From Nitrospirales bacterium (lineage in GTDB: Bacteria > Nitrospirota > Nitrospiria > Nitrospirales > UBA8639), in NCBI GenBank assembly GCA_965203295.1, contig CBDBCZ010000018.1, positions 2,560,001 through 2,624,000 on the forward strand: 64,000 nt of DNA, written 5' to 3'. Numbering within the stretch: the first letter of the stretch is position 1; each line of letters begins with the position of its first letter. Positions 50,834-62,877 of this stretch are shown piece after piece. The position numbers and the translations under genes were made by a program. The notes under the pieces were generated by a model. It ran no database searches and was not told where the DNA came from. It saw only the letters and a program-made list of their open reading frames with translations.

Positions 50834-50861
50834 CATTGATAATAGAGCTCTATTATCTATG
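50834..50861. mobile_element. 28-bp palindromic P-like remnant
   Basis: CATTGATAATAGAG-CTCTATTATCTATG, with 7-bp TSD ACAAAAC. Confidence 0.75.
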
Positions 50862-50906
50862 ACAAAACGTTTTGTAAGCCAGATACCGTAAACCTCTACA
50901 TACCTT

Positions 50907-51318
50907 TAGGCATGAGGAAATTATGCCGGAAACATAATAGGTTCACGTAAGAGTCAAGCATAATTCCGGAATAATAGGCCAAAATAATGTATACGGTCTT
51001 AGTCTTCCTTGTGCAGCCATCCTTTGCATGTACAAAATGTTTTTTTTTTTGGAAGCCAGCAGAATATTTGTCTGCATGATTATATTGAAACATTTATTAT
51101 GTTGTAGTACTACCAGCAATGATAATATGGCTTTGGCCATATTTGCATTGGTGCATATTCTAACTGTTTTTGGTCTTGTTTGTGATGTCCATGTCAGTCA
51201 TGCAGCTGAGCATAATGGAGCATAATGGGATTACTTTGAAAGAAAAATTTAGTTAGGTTTGCAAGCATTGAAGAGAAGCATAATGGAGTAAGTTTTGAGC
51301 ATAATTTCCTCATGCCTA
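50907..51318. mobile_element. hAT-like MITE
   Basis: TAGGCATGAGGAAATTATGC ... GCATAATTTCCTCATGCCTA, with 8-bp TSD CATACCTT. Confidence 0.88.
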
Positions 51319-52884
51319 CATACCTTCTGTATTCTTCTCAATGGAACGCTATTAGCTACGTGACATTATGCGTTTATTGGCGTACACGTGATCGCTTCCA
51401 ACCTCCTCTGGGCGGAGACCTAGGCACAATTAAATGGATAGTTCTAGCGATGTAATTGGTCTAAAACTGAGTGCTTCTAGAATTTAGTTTGAAATCGTGG
51501 CGGAGCGATGCCCTTGCCTTTTCCAAATGCTAAAGTTTGACCGGAATTACCCCATGTTATCTTATACATGTGGCTGTAAATAAGCTGTACATGAGGAGCT
51601 ATTAGCGTGCCTTATTGTTTTTGGTTGCATATAGATAGATAGATAAACTTTTAATGTCTCGCTAATAAGGGCAGCGGGCCACTTTTGGCCTATGAGACTA
51701 GCCCAAGAGCACAACACACCAGAGAGCCAAGGATAATGCAAAGTACAACAGAAAATAACTAGCTACGCATGTTTCAGTCTAGCCCTAGTTCTTGTGTTTA
51801 TTGGGCTTGGCACAATAGGAATCCATCCCCTAGTCCTCTTCCCTATATATGACAAGCCCGGACATCGACCATCTTCACCCTTTAAGCATATGCACAGCAA
51901 CCCTTACAGCACAAAATAACTGCGTGATTTAGAGCTTGGAAATAGACTGAATGACATAGCCTCTTGTGGGGTGGAAAGTAAACTCCTCCCTTGCAAGAGC
52001 CTGGGCACAAAGCTACTCAACCAGCTCCATGGAGAATTACTGCCATATAGCTAACCAGCATTGCTGTGCACATTACCATAATAATTGTTATTATGCACGG
52101 CTACAAATGAGGACATCACATACTGTAGACACTGGTATGAGTATACCTGCACCTCTGTTCGGTGTAATGCATTCAAGATAAACACTTGCAGCCAACCTTC
52201 AGGTGTGATGCTAAATGGAAAAGGTCATCAAACAAAAACATCAAGTGTTACATGTATACATCGACCCTTGTTCGTACACTTTCAGGAACAACAGGGAACA
52301 GCAGGAACACCAGGGAACAGCAAGGAACAGAAGGAACATCAGGAACACCAGGAAACTGCTATATATAACTCCAGAGAACAATCTAAGACTTGCATTAACT
52401 AAATTCACATTAATTTTCGCATTTGCAGCTCCCATGCGTTTCGGCATTTGCAGCCGTATGGTTGTTAATTTGTAGTGATCTGCATACATTATCCTGGGCT
52501 ATAGACTAAACATGTGCAGAAGGTGCGTATGTATGTATGTATATATGGCAGTGGCTTCAGCGAATTTGGCGAGAAAAATTATTGTGAACAGCCGAAACTT
52601 CCATTAGCGCTGTCTAAACAAGGGAGGGGCTCACAGGCAAGCTTTTTGTACTGAGTACACAACCAGTATCCATGAATAAATGTTCGTGGCTCTAGGACCT
52701 ATAGTTGCAAACATATAGCCTCGTTCCCAGGCTCTACTTACCAGCTTTTTATTCACTGTTGATTCACTACTGATTAAGATAAAACCGCACCAGTATCCCG
52801 TAACTTAAGGGCAGGGCTCAAGCACACTGTGTAAATACAGCAGCTAACCCTTCATCGGATGCAACTACTCATCACGTATGAGCC

Positions 52885-54857
52885 CTGCCATTTTAATGGA
52901 AGTTCAGGAATGAAGATTTTTGATTTGCTCTTTCTCACTCGATCCATCTTTTCTGATAGTTCACCAACTTGTAATTCTATCTGCAAAACATCCAGCCTAT
53001 TTCTGAGAACATACTGATCAGAAAAATTCAGTTCATTTGTATACTTGAGCTTCCACTAACACTTGCTGTTAGTGAACGTTGCATCCTACAAGTGGGTGCT
53101 GTGAAAGGTACTGTTAATTAATAATCCTTGGAAGAGGTAAGTAAAATCTTGTATTCTGTGGTTTTCATCTGGATTTGCCTTCAGCATAGCTTCATCCTCT
53201 TCCTGTACGAGCTGTTTTGCTTCAGGTTTACCCAACATGTTGTCCTTCTCTTTCTCTTTCCTCGGCTAAAGGAATGATTTAAACACTCGGTGCAACATAG
53301 TATCTTTACCAGCAAGTCCATGGAAAAGGGTGCAGTGAAATGAGCAAAACTTCAGCTACGCAGTGATGGTGGACACAGTCTACTAACATCAAGTAGCCTA
53401 CTCACAGTAAATACTTTATGTGGTATTCATCTTCAGCATAGCTTCCTCCTCTTTCTGCTGGAGCCATCTTGCCTCACATTCACCCAACAGCTTTTCTTCC
53501 TCTTTCCTCAACTAAAGAAATAATTAAAGTATCTTTACCAGCAAGCCCATTGAAAAGGGTGTAGTGAAATAAGCACAACCTCAGCTACACAGCGATATAC
53601 GTACAAATGGGAGATAGTGACAAACACCACATTGCATTGTCTTCACATCAGCATCAGAGAGGTGATTTAGAGTATGTAGACTGTGTTGTGTTGTATATAT
53701 ACCCTCCCTCAATAGCATGCATAACCTTTGAACCACAAATCAACAAATACCTATCAGGAATACGTGTGCATCTGGCACTCAGTGTATAAATCATGCAGCT
53801 ACATCCCCTCATCATATAACCTACACAGATACTGGGAGAGACAATCTCATGAGACTTCAAAGCAGAGAGAGGGTAGTTGGAAGACAGACTCCTCAAACTG
53901 TCATTTGAGCACATACACTTGCACTTGCTCACCCTAAAATGCCCTGCATTGACCTAGTCTAGAGTCACAGGGGTAAAAAAGTGTGCACCCCCTCCAGTAT
54001 GACTCATCATACTAAGACCAATATGGGGTACTTAGAGATGACTGACTGGGGAATCTCCTTTCCCTGTGACACCAGCGCCTATGGTTGTTTTGGACTTTGT
54101 GTGCCAAGGAATATGGACAGTTTGCAATCTAAGGTACAGTTTGCATAACTGACTTATAGAGACATACGTACACTAGAAGATGTGAGTAGGCAGAATGATC
54201 TTTGTTTCCTTATATACAAAACTGTGGTGGAGGCAGTTTGCATGTGTGCAATCCTCATCTTAAAATGACATGAAATGGCAAGTGTCCACTTGAGGGTGAT
54301 AGTGAATCACTGCTGATGAAATCTTAGAAACATTACGGTACAAGTGGAATACCCCAGTGAAAACGCTGTTTCTTTGTGCCTGAATCATTGTAATCTCATC
54401 AGCCATTATTCTGCGAAGAAATAAGATAGATAGCAACTTGCCAATGTGGTACTCCAGCAATGGTCTCTTAGCAATGCTACCAGTCCCACTGCTGATAAAA
54501 ACTAGGCCTAAAGAAATGACTGCATGGCTTATGATTACATCTAGAGCAGTATTTTGAACATATATTAAGATTTTGCATGTAGCGGCAATTTTCTCCCCGA
54601 GCCTTCCCTTTATATGAATTACTATACTTCCTTACTCCATGATACATGTATGTACATGACGTGTGTCCCACAGGCAGCACTTTCAACAACATAGAGCATC
54701 GGAGATGACGGATCATATGTACAACAAATGAGCAAGTAAAATAAAATGTAATGTTGACTTCAGTGGCATACCTTTTTGATTTCAAATAAGTATTCCTTCT
54801 CAGTATCTCCTGGCTGGATCAGTAATGGTAATGAAGAACTGCTAATGTACTCTGAGT
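52885..54857 (-). pseudogene. Unidentified exon-like remnants including a ~270-bp tandem duplication (53200-53370 / 53450-53600)
   Basis: AG-led segments LRKEEEKLLGECEARWLQQKEEEAMLK and PRKEKEKDNMLGKPEAKQLVQEEDEAMLK, plus AG/GT-bounded SEYISSSSLPLLIQPGDTEKEYLFEIKK. Stops are present. Confidence 0.35.
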
Positions 54858-55149
54858 CTATAGAGATAAGAAACATAATCATCACAATTATGACCACTTT
54901 CTCATTGCGGGAGATTGTAATGTCGATTTTAACTGTGATAGTTTGAACTTGCACCACTTGCGCAGCCTAATGAGTGTTCTTAATTAATCGGGACAGGTAT
55001 AACTTTAATTTGGGTGCATGGACAACAGTGCAAGCGCTACGGCAGCGACATGAGTATAATATATACAACACACGCCAATACAGGTGTAGTAAAGTAAGTG
55101 TAAGTAAATAGAAATGAGAACAATACTACACAAAACAAAACTCAGTCAC

Positions 55150-56000
55150 ATTCCAATTATACCTTTAAAATCTTCAAGGTGACCATGCACAGCAGCAAAG
55201 CACACATATGGTACATGAGTATTGTAACACTCAAAGCGACAGGAACTATACAAAGAGTTGTAGCCACTAAATGAAAAACAGGAGGAGGCAGATTTACAGA
55301 AGATTGAAATACACAAGCATATGACATTTCACAGCTGCACACAATAGACCGATGATACACGACATCATACAGGCTATTAAGTTTTGGAATGTGGTAAAGA
55401 GCAGAACAGGATAGTAGCCAAAGAGCCGACCATAAAGACAAAGACAGTAAATCAGATATAAATGTGCATGCCAGTATAGTGGGCCCAACTTTAGGAAAAG
55501 ATCCTTCTTATCCATGTCATAATTATAGCCCATGATAAACATCTGGAGCATCACTCAGATTGTAAGGAAGAAGATGACCCAGATGGGTGACTGTGTCAAG
55601 GAAGAAAACTGTTGATCACATAAGACAAAACAAGCTGTGCAAGTGGTGGATGGAGTCCAAGAAAAATGAATTAGCTGAGTCTGTGAGGGATTGAACTGAA
55701 GATATACTTTTGGACTCCATCCATCACTTGCACAGCTTGTTTTGTCGCATTCAAACTGTGTTTGTGACCAATTGCCGGATTGATAACACAAACACTTCTC
55801 TACATACACTGCAGTATGAACCTCGTCTCTTGAGACTTTGTATGTCTGCCCTCTGTTGTATTCGAGTTCTTAACTGTATTAAAAATCGTGAAGCGTACCG
55901 TGTTGAAGAGGTTATGTGGGGAATAGAAAACACTTTGGTCACTATCAGGTGCACACATGTCAATTGTTTTTAATTTCAATGATACTGTTGTTTAGTATGA
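55150..56000 (-). mobile_element. Degraded LINE 3' fragment related to 41395-43405
   Basis: FNPSQTQLIHF and YCLCLYG remnants parallel FNASKTQLICF and YCLSLYG. Confidence 0.65.
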
Positions 56001-56184
56001 ATGAAATTGGGCTGGACTGTGAAAACAAAAAGTGGGTGATTAAAAAATGATGCAGTGAGGAAGAGATTAGAGAAGGCAATGTTTTTTGATTGGAAAGATA
56101 TAGTAAAAAGTGTAGCATCAAGTGTTCTACTACAGCCTAGTGAACTAGAAGACTGTAGCAGAGACATACCCTGTGCTACATTTA

Positions 56185-56545
56185 AAAAAAAATAGAAGCC
56201 TTGGGCTCTAGACTTGCTTGGCCTGGTGGAGCAGCTGGTTCTATAAAGTGAGAAAGGTGTAGCACATTTATTGTGTTTAGGAGATGAGGGGAGAGGCCTA
56301 ATGAGAGAGTAATTACCGTTGGAATTGCTGGGTCCTGCTGGTAAGTGCTACTAGCAGGTTTAGTGACTATATGAAACTTGCCTACCGCTCCTCTGCTAAG
56401 GGGCTCCAGTAGTTCAGTGGTAAGAGCATGTGATTAGTACTCAGAAGGCCCTGGGTTCAATCGCCAGCTGGGTCCCGTTTTTCCCCCCGGAATTTTGATA
56501 CTCTCTTAGAAAGCTTATCATTTCTTGAAGAGTTTGCATTGTGTA
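56185..56545 (+). repeat. tRNA-Thr(AGT)-derived repeat, tRNA-like core 56403-56476
   Basis: A cloverleaf with A/B boxes and anticodon loop TTAGTAC can be drawn, but with stem mismatches. Its flanks match 29262-29885. Confidence 0.78.
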
Positions 56546-57201
56546 TAATTGCCGCTGTGGGCATCATTGATGGGCATGACTGACGGCTGCATAATTACAC
56601 GAACTCTTCTGTACCTACACTCCAGTGTAAACACGTGTCCTGAGACCGCGTATACCCATCCTCTGTCATATTCGAGGTCTTGACCATATGAAAATGGCAA
56701 ACCTTACCATGTTGAATAAAAAATAGCTGGAATGTGGAGAATAGAAACCGCTTTCACTATCACTATATTTTTTTAGATGTTACTGTCGGATTTAGTGATG
56801 ATTTAACCCTATATACTGCGACCTATTGTAACATACTGTAACCTTTTACACTCTACAGCCCCCTACGGCACCCTACGGGATCCTACTGCGAGCTACAGCA
56901 CACTACCATCTTCTGCGCCTTACTGCAAACTACTAATACAATCGAGAAACATGGCCTAAACCATAAACTTTTAAACTAACAGACACTAATACAGTTGTGA
57001 ATCATAGCCTAAATAATCTCTCAAAAGCTACTAGCAAACAGATTCTAATACAGTCAAGAAACGTTGCTTAAAGACAAAAACTCAAGACTAACTAACAGAT
57101 AAACACTGATATGTACAATTCGTGGAGGAGTGCTAATCGCGGTTCTCCGGATCAATCTTCATCATTACCAAGTCAACAATTAACATCAATAATAGTACAC
57201 A

Positions 57202-57240
57202 GTACGACGTTTCGGTCTAATCTAGACCTTCTTCAGGTAC
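57202..57240 (-). ncRNA. Minimal type I hammerhead ribozyme (Penelope/retrozyme type)
   Basis: The - strand reads GTAC-CTGAAGA-A-GGTCTA-GAT-TAGACC-GAAAC-GTC-GTAC: intact CUGANGA/GAAA core, stem II, stem I and GUC cleavage triplet. Confidence 0.85.
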
Positions 57241-57374
57241 AAACTAAAACATAATTCAAAAAAAAGCAAAACATAGCGTCTCTGGCATTAGTCGTCAAGG
57301 TTAAGGCCCTCCGGCGTAAACGTTCTGAGTTCTAAGTAATAGTTAGTGCACCCCGACGAGGGCTCTAACCGACA

Positions 57375-59325
57375 TTATACCACATTACATCATCTACAAT
57401 AAAAATGATTGGCTAATAAGTATGGGTTACATAGTTTCATAACCCACACTTTTATCAGTTCGCTACGTTGCTACGCAGCGAAGATTGTACGCATGCGCAA
57501 CGTGGTATATATAGGTTAGACATCGAGTCCATGGGATCTACGGGATTTAGAAACCCGAGGGCCCGAGGCTGTAGCGTCCCGAGCGAAGCGAGGGCGCTAC
57601 TAAGGGCCCGAGGGTTTCTAAATCGCGTAGATCCCATTGGACGAGATATCTAACCAATTTAGAGTATAGCAACAGTAACCACGCTGGCGCTTCAGGTAGC
57701 ACAAAGGACCTCTTGAGTGACGAGCTGCTAGAGTGGATACAGGATGCGTCGGACGATGAGCCAGGCTGGTAAGTGGCATGGCCATATGGCGGTGATAATT
57801 GTTATCGTTCGGTATCGAGAGTCTGCTGCCGCTTGCGACTTTCGTCTCGCTTGAATCTGCCATCAAATCGAAGCTTGAATGCGCTTCTCTTTTCTGCAGA
57901 GAGTTCTGTCGGAGTCTTCTCCCATTTTTCTCTACAACGCTGCTAAAGCGGTACGCACGCCACGCTTGCAACGTTTTTGTTGCAATTATGACGTAATTTT
58001 AATTTGCGTTCCGGATATCCTGGGGGTATCTATAGAGTCCACGGTAGGTGGACTCTATGAGATTTAGAGACCATGCATTAACCAATCAAATTGCGAGATT
58101 TTGTAACACTATACTCTAAAAGTCAGATAGACCACACCCACTCGTGTGTTATGCGCTATAACCCACTTGTTTACATTTATCCCTCGGCTTCGCCTCGGGA
58201 TAACCACAAACTCGTGGGTTACATAGGCGCATAACCCACTCTTTGGTGTAGTCTATCCTATACTTATCCCACATTACATCATCTCTAATACATTTTATTG
58301 GATGAGAGCAGGAGGATAGGCGCATATCCTACAGTTCTGTACTGCCTTAGTTACGTATTAGTAACATAACCTCCGGCTACTTCACGATAGTTACGCACAT
58401 GCGCAGTAGTGGGATAAGTCAGATAGACCACGCCCCAGCGGAGGATATGCGCCCAAAATATCCTCCTTGGATACGGTTTTATCCCTCGGCTGCGCCTCGG
58501 GTAAAACCGCACCCGCGGAGGATATATAGGCGCATATCCTCCGCTGTGACGTGGTCTATCCTATACTTATTGACCGAGGAAAGTAATTTTCCCCGAGGAA
58601 GGTCGAGGGCTTTGCCCGAGACCTTCCGAGGGAAAATTACTTTCCGAGGTCAATAATGGAGGTTGAGCCCGAGTATTTGGGTGCACTAACTGACTTAGAT
58701 TATAGTTCGCTCCTGTATTTTGTAAAAAAATTAGCAATACAACACTATAACAAGCAATGCATGTACACAGAAATAATAATAATACTGCTACAGTGTTCAT
58801 TAGGAGCCTTGCATGATATGGGCTGGCTACGCAAGGCTACAGTGTTCGAAGGTAGCAGTCTTGAGAGCTAGTTCGGCGATAGCTGTACATGTCTTGCAAG
58901 ATGCGTGTTCAGAGGGTGAGCCACTCGAGTGAAGGTGCTGATTAAAGAGTCTCTGGGTTTTGTAGCGCTCTTGGAACGTCCCTGGAGTCGCTGCCAACGC
59001 TGCGGGCCGAACGCGTTGGCCTTGACTGGCGCAAGGCAACAGCTTCAGCGATGTAAATTCACTCTTTAGCACAACGCAAACGCCGTTTAGTCAATTCGAG
59101 CTCTTCTGTGCCGTCCACTACCTCCACTCGCATTAGCGTACTCCTCTCCATGCTGAATATTGAAGCGACTGTGAGCATGGCAACGGCTGAACGATTTTAT
59201 ACGCGTTGCTACGCCACCGAGGTTGCTAGGCACGCGTTCGTGCACGTGCACGCGCGTGCTTTAACCTACATTATTGACCTCATTTCTAGCGATTTGATTG
59301 GCTAGTACGCTACTACTATAATCTA
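57375..59325. mobile_element. Tandem/nested cluster of four hairpin-bearing non-autonomous elements (class uncertain, Crypton-like or rolling-circle)
   Basis: A1 57375-58265 (interrupted by B, ~57509-58120), A2 58264-58566, C 58567-59325. Each is an IR-bounded segment plus an adjacent 90-145-nt hairpin. Confidence 0.7.
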
Positions 59326-61452
59326 ATATCCAAAAGCGCTCCCTCAATTTCCGTCTGTCGGTGTCATTATTCCAGATCTTTTCAATCCCCATTACTTTTA
59401 GATCGTCTAGGGAATGATCCTGCAAGTTGAAGTGGGCCGCCACTAACCGCGATTAGCACTCCTCCACGAATTGTACATATCAGTATCACAATCTTCGGTA
59501 GAGATATCGGCTGTTACAGGTTTCGGATTAATAAAAAGCGACTACTATGACCCACCCACCGAATGCCGTAAAATTTCTTCACGGGGATCCAGCCCATCTC
59601 GATACATTATTACATTCGTCAACATGGAAGAAGTTGAGAACACTGAAGGAGAAAAAAGCAAAACACGGCTCTCATCTAGATTTCTTAAAGAAGACCTCTA
59701 ATAGAAACATCACACCACAAGGCCTGATTATAAAGTTGCCTCTAGAAGCGCTGATCCAACGAGACATCTAAGATCCAAATGGAAGAAGGTCATCAAAGCG
59801 ACACAGATCAAACTCGTGGGCCTACTGAAAGAACACTACAAGCAAACCTGTAACAAGCTGCACAATGAGATCGGTCACTTGGAACGAGAGTTGGTTCACT
59901 CCAGTCCGGGCAGCGCGTCAGCAAGAGCCCTCACGATACTTGACAACAAAATGAAGAGTCTGGAAAACAGGTTAGAAGAGAGAAAGAAAACAAATTGATC
60001 AACCTCGAGAAGTCTAGACTGACAGCGAGAACGCGGCGTCTACGCCCACGAGCCCCTCCCACACTTCGAGACAATAACCCACCATCCCGAACTGTTGTGA
60101 ACCTGTCGGGCAAGGATCTCTCCTCATCCGAGTTGAGTCTATTGTCCAAAGGCCTGAAGTTTGTCCCAAAGCCCCGAGAATCAATCGTTTTCAGTTGAAG
60201 CAGGATCTGGAGAGTTTCGGTCGCAGAATAAGGCTTAGAGAGTTCTTTTATGACCCAGGTTCCAGTGAAGCTGAAAATGACTATCGAGACAGCAGGCGAT
60301 TCGTAGAGAAAAGCAAGTGGTCGCCCCCGAAGAATAGGATCCCAGAGATTGAAACCTACTTGAAAGCAGTAGAGAGGGATGCCTGGGGTCTTTCCAGATC
60401 CATCCGGAGAAAAGACAACCTCACACACATTCAGCGTCAAGCGTTAACCCAACTGAGAAACCGTTCAGACATCATCATAAAGCCTGCGGACAAAGGATCT
60501 GCGATAGTGGTGCTGAGCAAGGAAGCATATATGGCTGAAGCCTACCGTCAGCTCTCAGATACGAGATACTACCGGAAGCTTGACTTGGACCCCACGGCTC
60601 AACATACGGAACAAGTCAGGGAACTCGTTCTAGAGATGTTCAAAGGAGATCACATCAGCAAGGATACGTTTAAGTACCTCACTCCAACCAACCCCCGCAC
60701 TGCCCGGTTTTATCACCTGCCAAAGATCCACAAACAGGGAAACCCAGGTAGACCCATCGTATCGTCATGTGCAGCTCCAACTGAACGCATTTCTGAGTTC
60801 GTCGACTACTACCTACGCCCCCTTGTCGTGCAGGCGCCATCCTACATAAAGGACACGTCTGACTTCTTAAGGAAGCTATCATCGTTGGGACCTCTACCAC
60901 TGGGATCTTTCTTGGTTACGCTGGATGTGTGCTCCTTGTACACTAACATTCCACATGAAGAGGGAATACAAGCTTGCAAATGGGCCCTGCAGACACGCTC
61001 CTCACCAGCCCCACCCACCACTTATTTGGTTCGGATGATTAGACAGTTCCTCGAACTGAACAACTTTGCGTTCAATGGAGAGCATTACCTACAGACCCAG
61101 GGTACCGCCATGGGCACAAGGATGGCACCATCATATGCCAACATCTTTATGGCTGACCTGGAGGAAGCCTTGTTGGCGTGGACAGCAACTCGACCTATTC
61201 TATGGTGGAGATACATAGATGATGTTTTTGCCATCTGGACCGGTGGACAAGACGAGCTGGAGTCCTTTCTCAAACAGATCAACATCTTTCATCAGACCAT
61301 CAAGTTCACTGCGGAATGGTCTACCACACAGGTCTCCTTCCTGGACACTACCGTCATTCTAGATGGAGAGACCACTCAAACAGATCTGTTCACTAAGCCA
61401 ACTGATACCCACCAATACCTATCACCTGACAGCTGCCATCCGAGGCATTGTA
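59326..61452 (+). mobile_element. Penelope-like retroelement: inverted GIY-YIG tail (59326-59445, -), frameshifted N-terminus, RT ORF 60195-61452, truncated
   Basis: VVNLS..LSKGLKF, IIIKPADKG, FYHLPKIHK..PGRPIVS, LDVCSLYTNIP, QGTAMGTRMAPSYANIFM, WRYIDDVF, FLD, SCHP. Upstream - strand AAHFNLQDHSLDDLKVMGIEKI..RERFWI. Confidence 0.95.
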
Positions 61453-62224
61453 CTGTCACGGAAATTTTGGTCCGGCGGAAAAATTGGTCCGGGGGACCAA
61501 AATTACCGGTCCGGGCGGACCATTTTTTCCTGAAAATTTTGGTCCCCCCGTGAAAATAATGGTCCGATCTGCGCCATAAGCGAATTCTGTCTGCTACTGT
61601 ATTTCCGCTTGATAGAGTGAACTACTACACTAAGGTGGATGGCTACATGATTGAGTATATTGTATTGGCTTGTTTGTTGTCATAGCCTACGGCTACCGTC
61701 AATAGCTTTGTCGTAAGCTTGCCGTGAGCGTATATAGCTAGATCTATACATTTTGTAGCTCCCAGGTCAGTACCACTTCGACCAAGAGAAAATGCTTCGT
61801 CATCTGTGGAACTGCTTCGAGAGAAGGAAGATGTCAATGATTTCATACAGCATGCAAGCTGTAACGGGCCACAGAATCGACTTTACAGTCAGTAGACAAA
61901 TTCCCGGTGTAGCTATACTGCAATCAGTTTGTAGGATATCGGTGCCTGTGACTGAGACACTGTCTCATACCTTTGTATTAAACTACCTAATGGTCAAACT
62001 AAAGGTTGATATTAACTATGCCATGCATACAGTGTCATGTATAAGCAAATTTTCAAGGTACGTAAGACCAACTCTGCTAGAACTTGATGGGCGGACCAAA
62101 ATTTTCAGGGTAGGACCAATTTACCCGGAAAAAAATGGTCCGGGGGGGGGGGGGGGGACCAATTTTTCCAGCGGAAATTTTGGTCCTAGGACCATTTTTT
62201 CCAGGACCAAAATTCCAGTGACAG
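61453..62224. mobile_element. TIR element truncating the Penelope ORF
   Basis: CTGTCACGGAAATTTTGGTCC ... GGACCAAAATTCCAGTGACAG with GGTCC/GGACC subterminal repeats. No TSD is visible and the PLE does not resume afterwards. Confidence 0.8.
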
Positions 62225-62683
62225 CCCGCTAAACCACTTTCACAGGCGATAGCAACTGGACCGGTGAAGAGCGCGGACTCTCATCACTGGAAAGAAGGAT
62301 CGGGCTTGATGAAGTTCCAGCCATCCCAAACTAATACTTCACTCGACTCGACTATATAAAGTCTACCAACACAACAGCGCACTATTAAAGAAAACGAAGA
62401 GCTCAACGGGGCCTGGGGATGAGAAACTAATACGATAGTCCAAAGTCAAAATTGATAGACCTCAGCTTCCGACTCCACACGTGGCACATAGCTAAGAGCG
62501 GCGTGCGTATTATAATATGTTCTCAAGCGTATCCGTTGTCATGCAATATAATCCACCCCACTTTTGGGCATTTCTTTTTTTTGAATGTTTACGTAAATTG
62601 GGAGGCGGGGCTACGGGGGAGCGTCTCTTTCTCTGCGCATCGCTAATGGCAGTAGTTAGTTTCTATTTCTTGTTGAGTAATTC

Positions 62684-62865
62684 AATCCAGTCCCACGTTC
62701 CAGTCCATCAATCCAGTCCCACGTTCCAGTCGATCAGGCCAGTCCCACGTTCCAGTCGATCAGGCCAGTCCCACGTTCCAGTCGATCAATCCAGTCCCAC
62801 GTTCCAGTCGATCAGTCCAGTCCCACGCTCCAGTCCCTCGTTCCAGTGGAGAATCCAGTCCAGCG
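62684..62865. repeat. ~26-bp minisatellite (CCAGTCCCACGTTCCAGTCGATCA..) x~6, probably a transposon subterminal array
   Basis: Direct reading. Confidence 0.85.
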
Positions 62866-62877
62866 ATTAGAGACACC

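Larger units (their letters stand above)
50337..51410. mobile_element. TIR element with 9-bp TSD (MULE-like MITE)
   Basis: GGCGGAGAC|CAGAGGAGGTTGCAGGCGATCACGTG ... CACGTGATCGCTTCCAACCTCCTCTG|GGCGGAGAC. Confidence 0.8.
47394..51562 (+). mobile_element. pogo/Fot1-like element with HTH_psq remnant, host of several nested insertions
   Basis: TA|AGGTAGCGCGGGG..GGGGTAATTCCAGTCA ... TGACCGGAATTACCCCATGTTATCT|TA. ALKAVQEGMSLRSAAKQFAVPYNTLQD at ~49900-49985. Confidence 0.7.

Noticed and set aside
52282..52356. GGAACA-based 9-mer repeats as collagen-like coding
   Set aside because: The tract is short with no supporting exon structure and resembles transposon subterminal repeats.
56403..56476. Functional tRNA-Thr gene
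   Set aside because: There are mismatches in the acceptor, anticodon and T stems, and it is embedded in a dispersed repeat whose other copies are deleted or decayed.
57350..57376. Second hammerhead (CCGACGAG...GACA), and CTTGATGAAG at ~62305
   Set aside because: Core nucleotides and stems are not intact.
61453..61553. C-terminus of the 452-aa ORF (VTEILVRRK...)
   Set aside because: It is read-through into the inserted TIR element and is not Penelope sequence.
62684..62865. Possible CRISPR array
   Set aside because: The repeats are contiguous with no unique spacers, the context is eukaryotic, and there are no cas genes.
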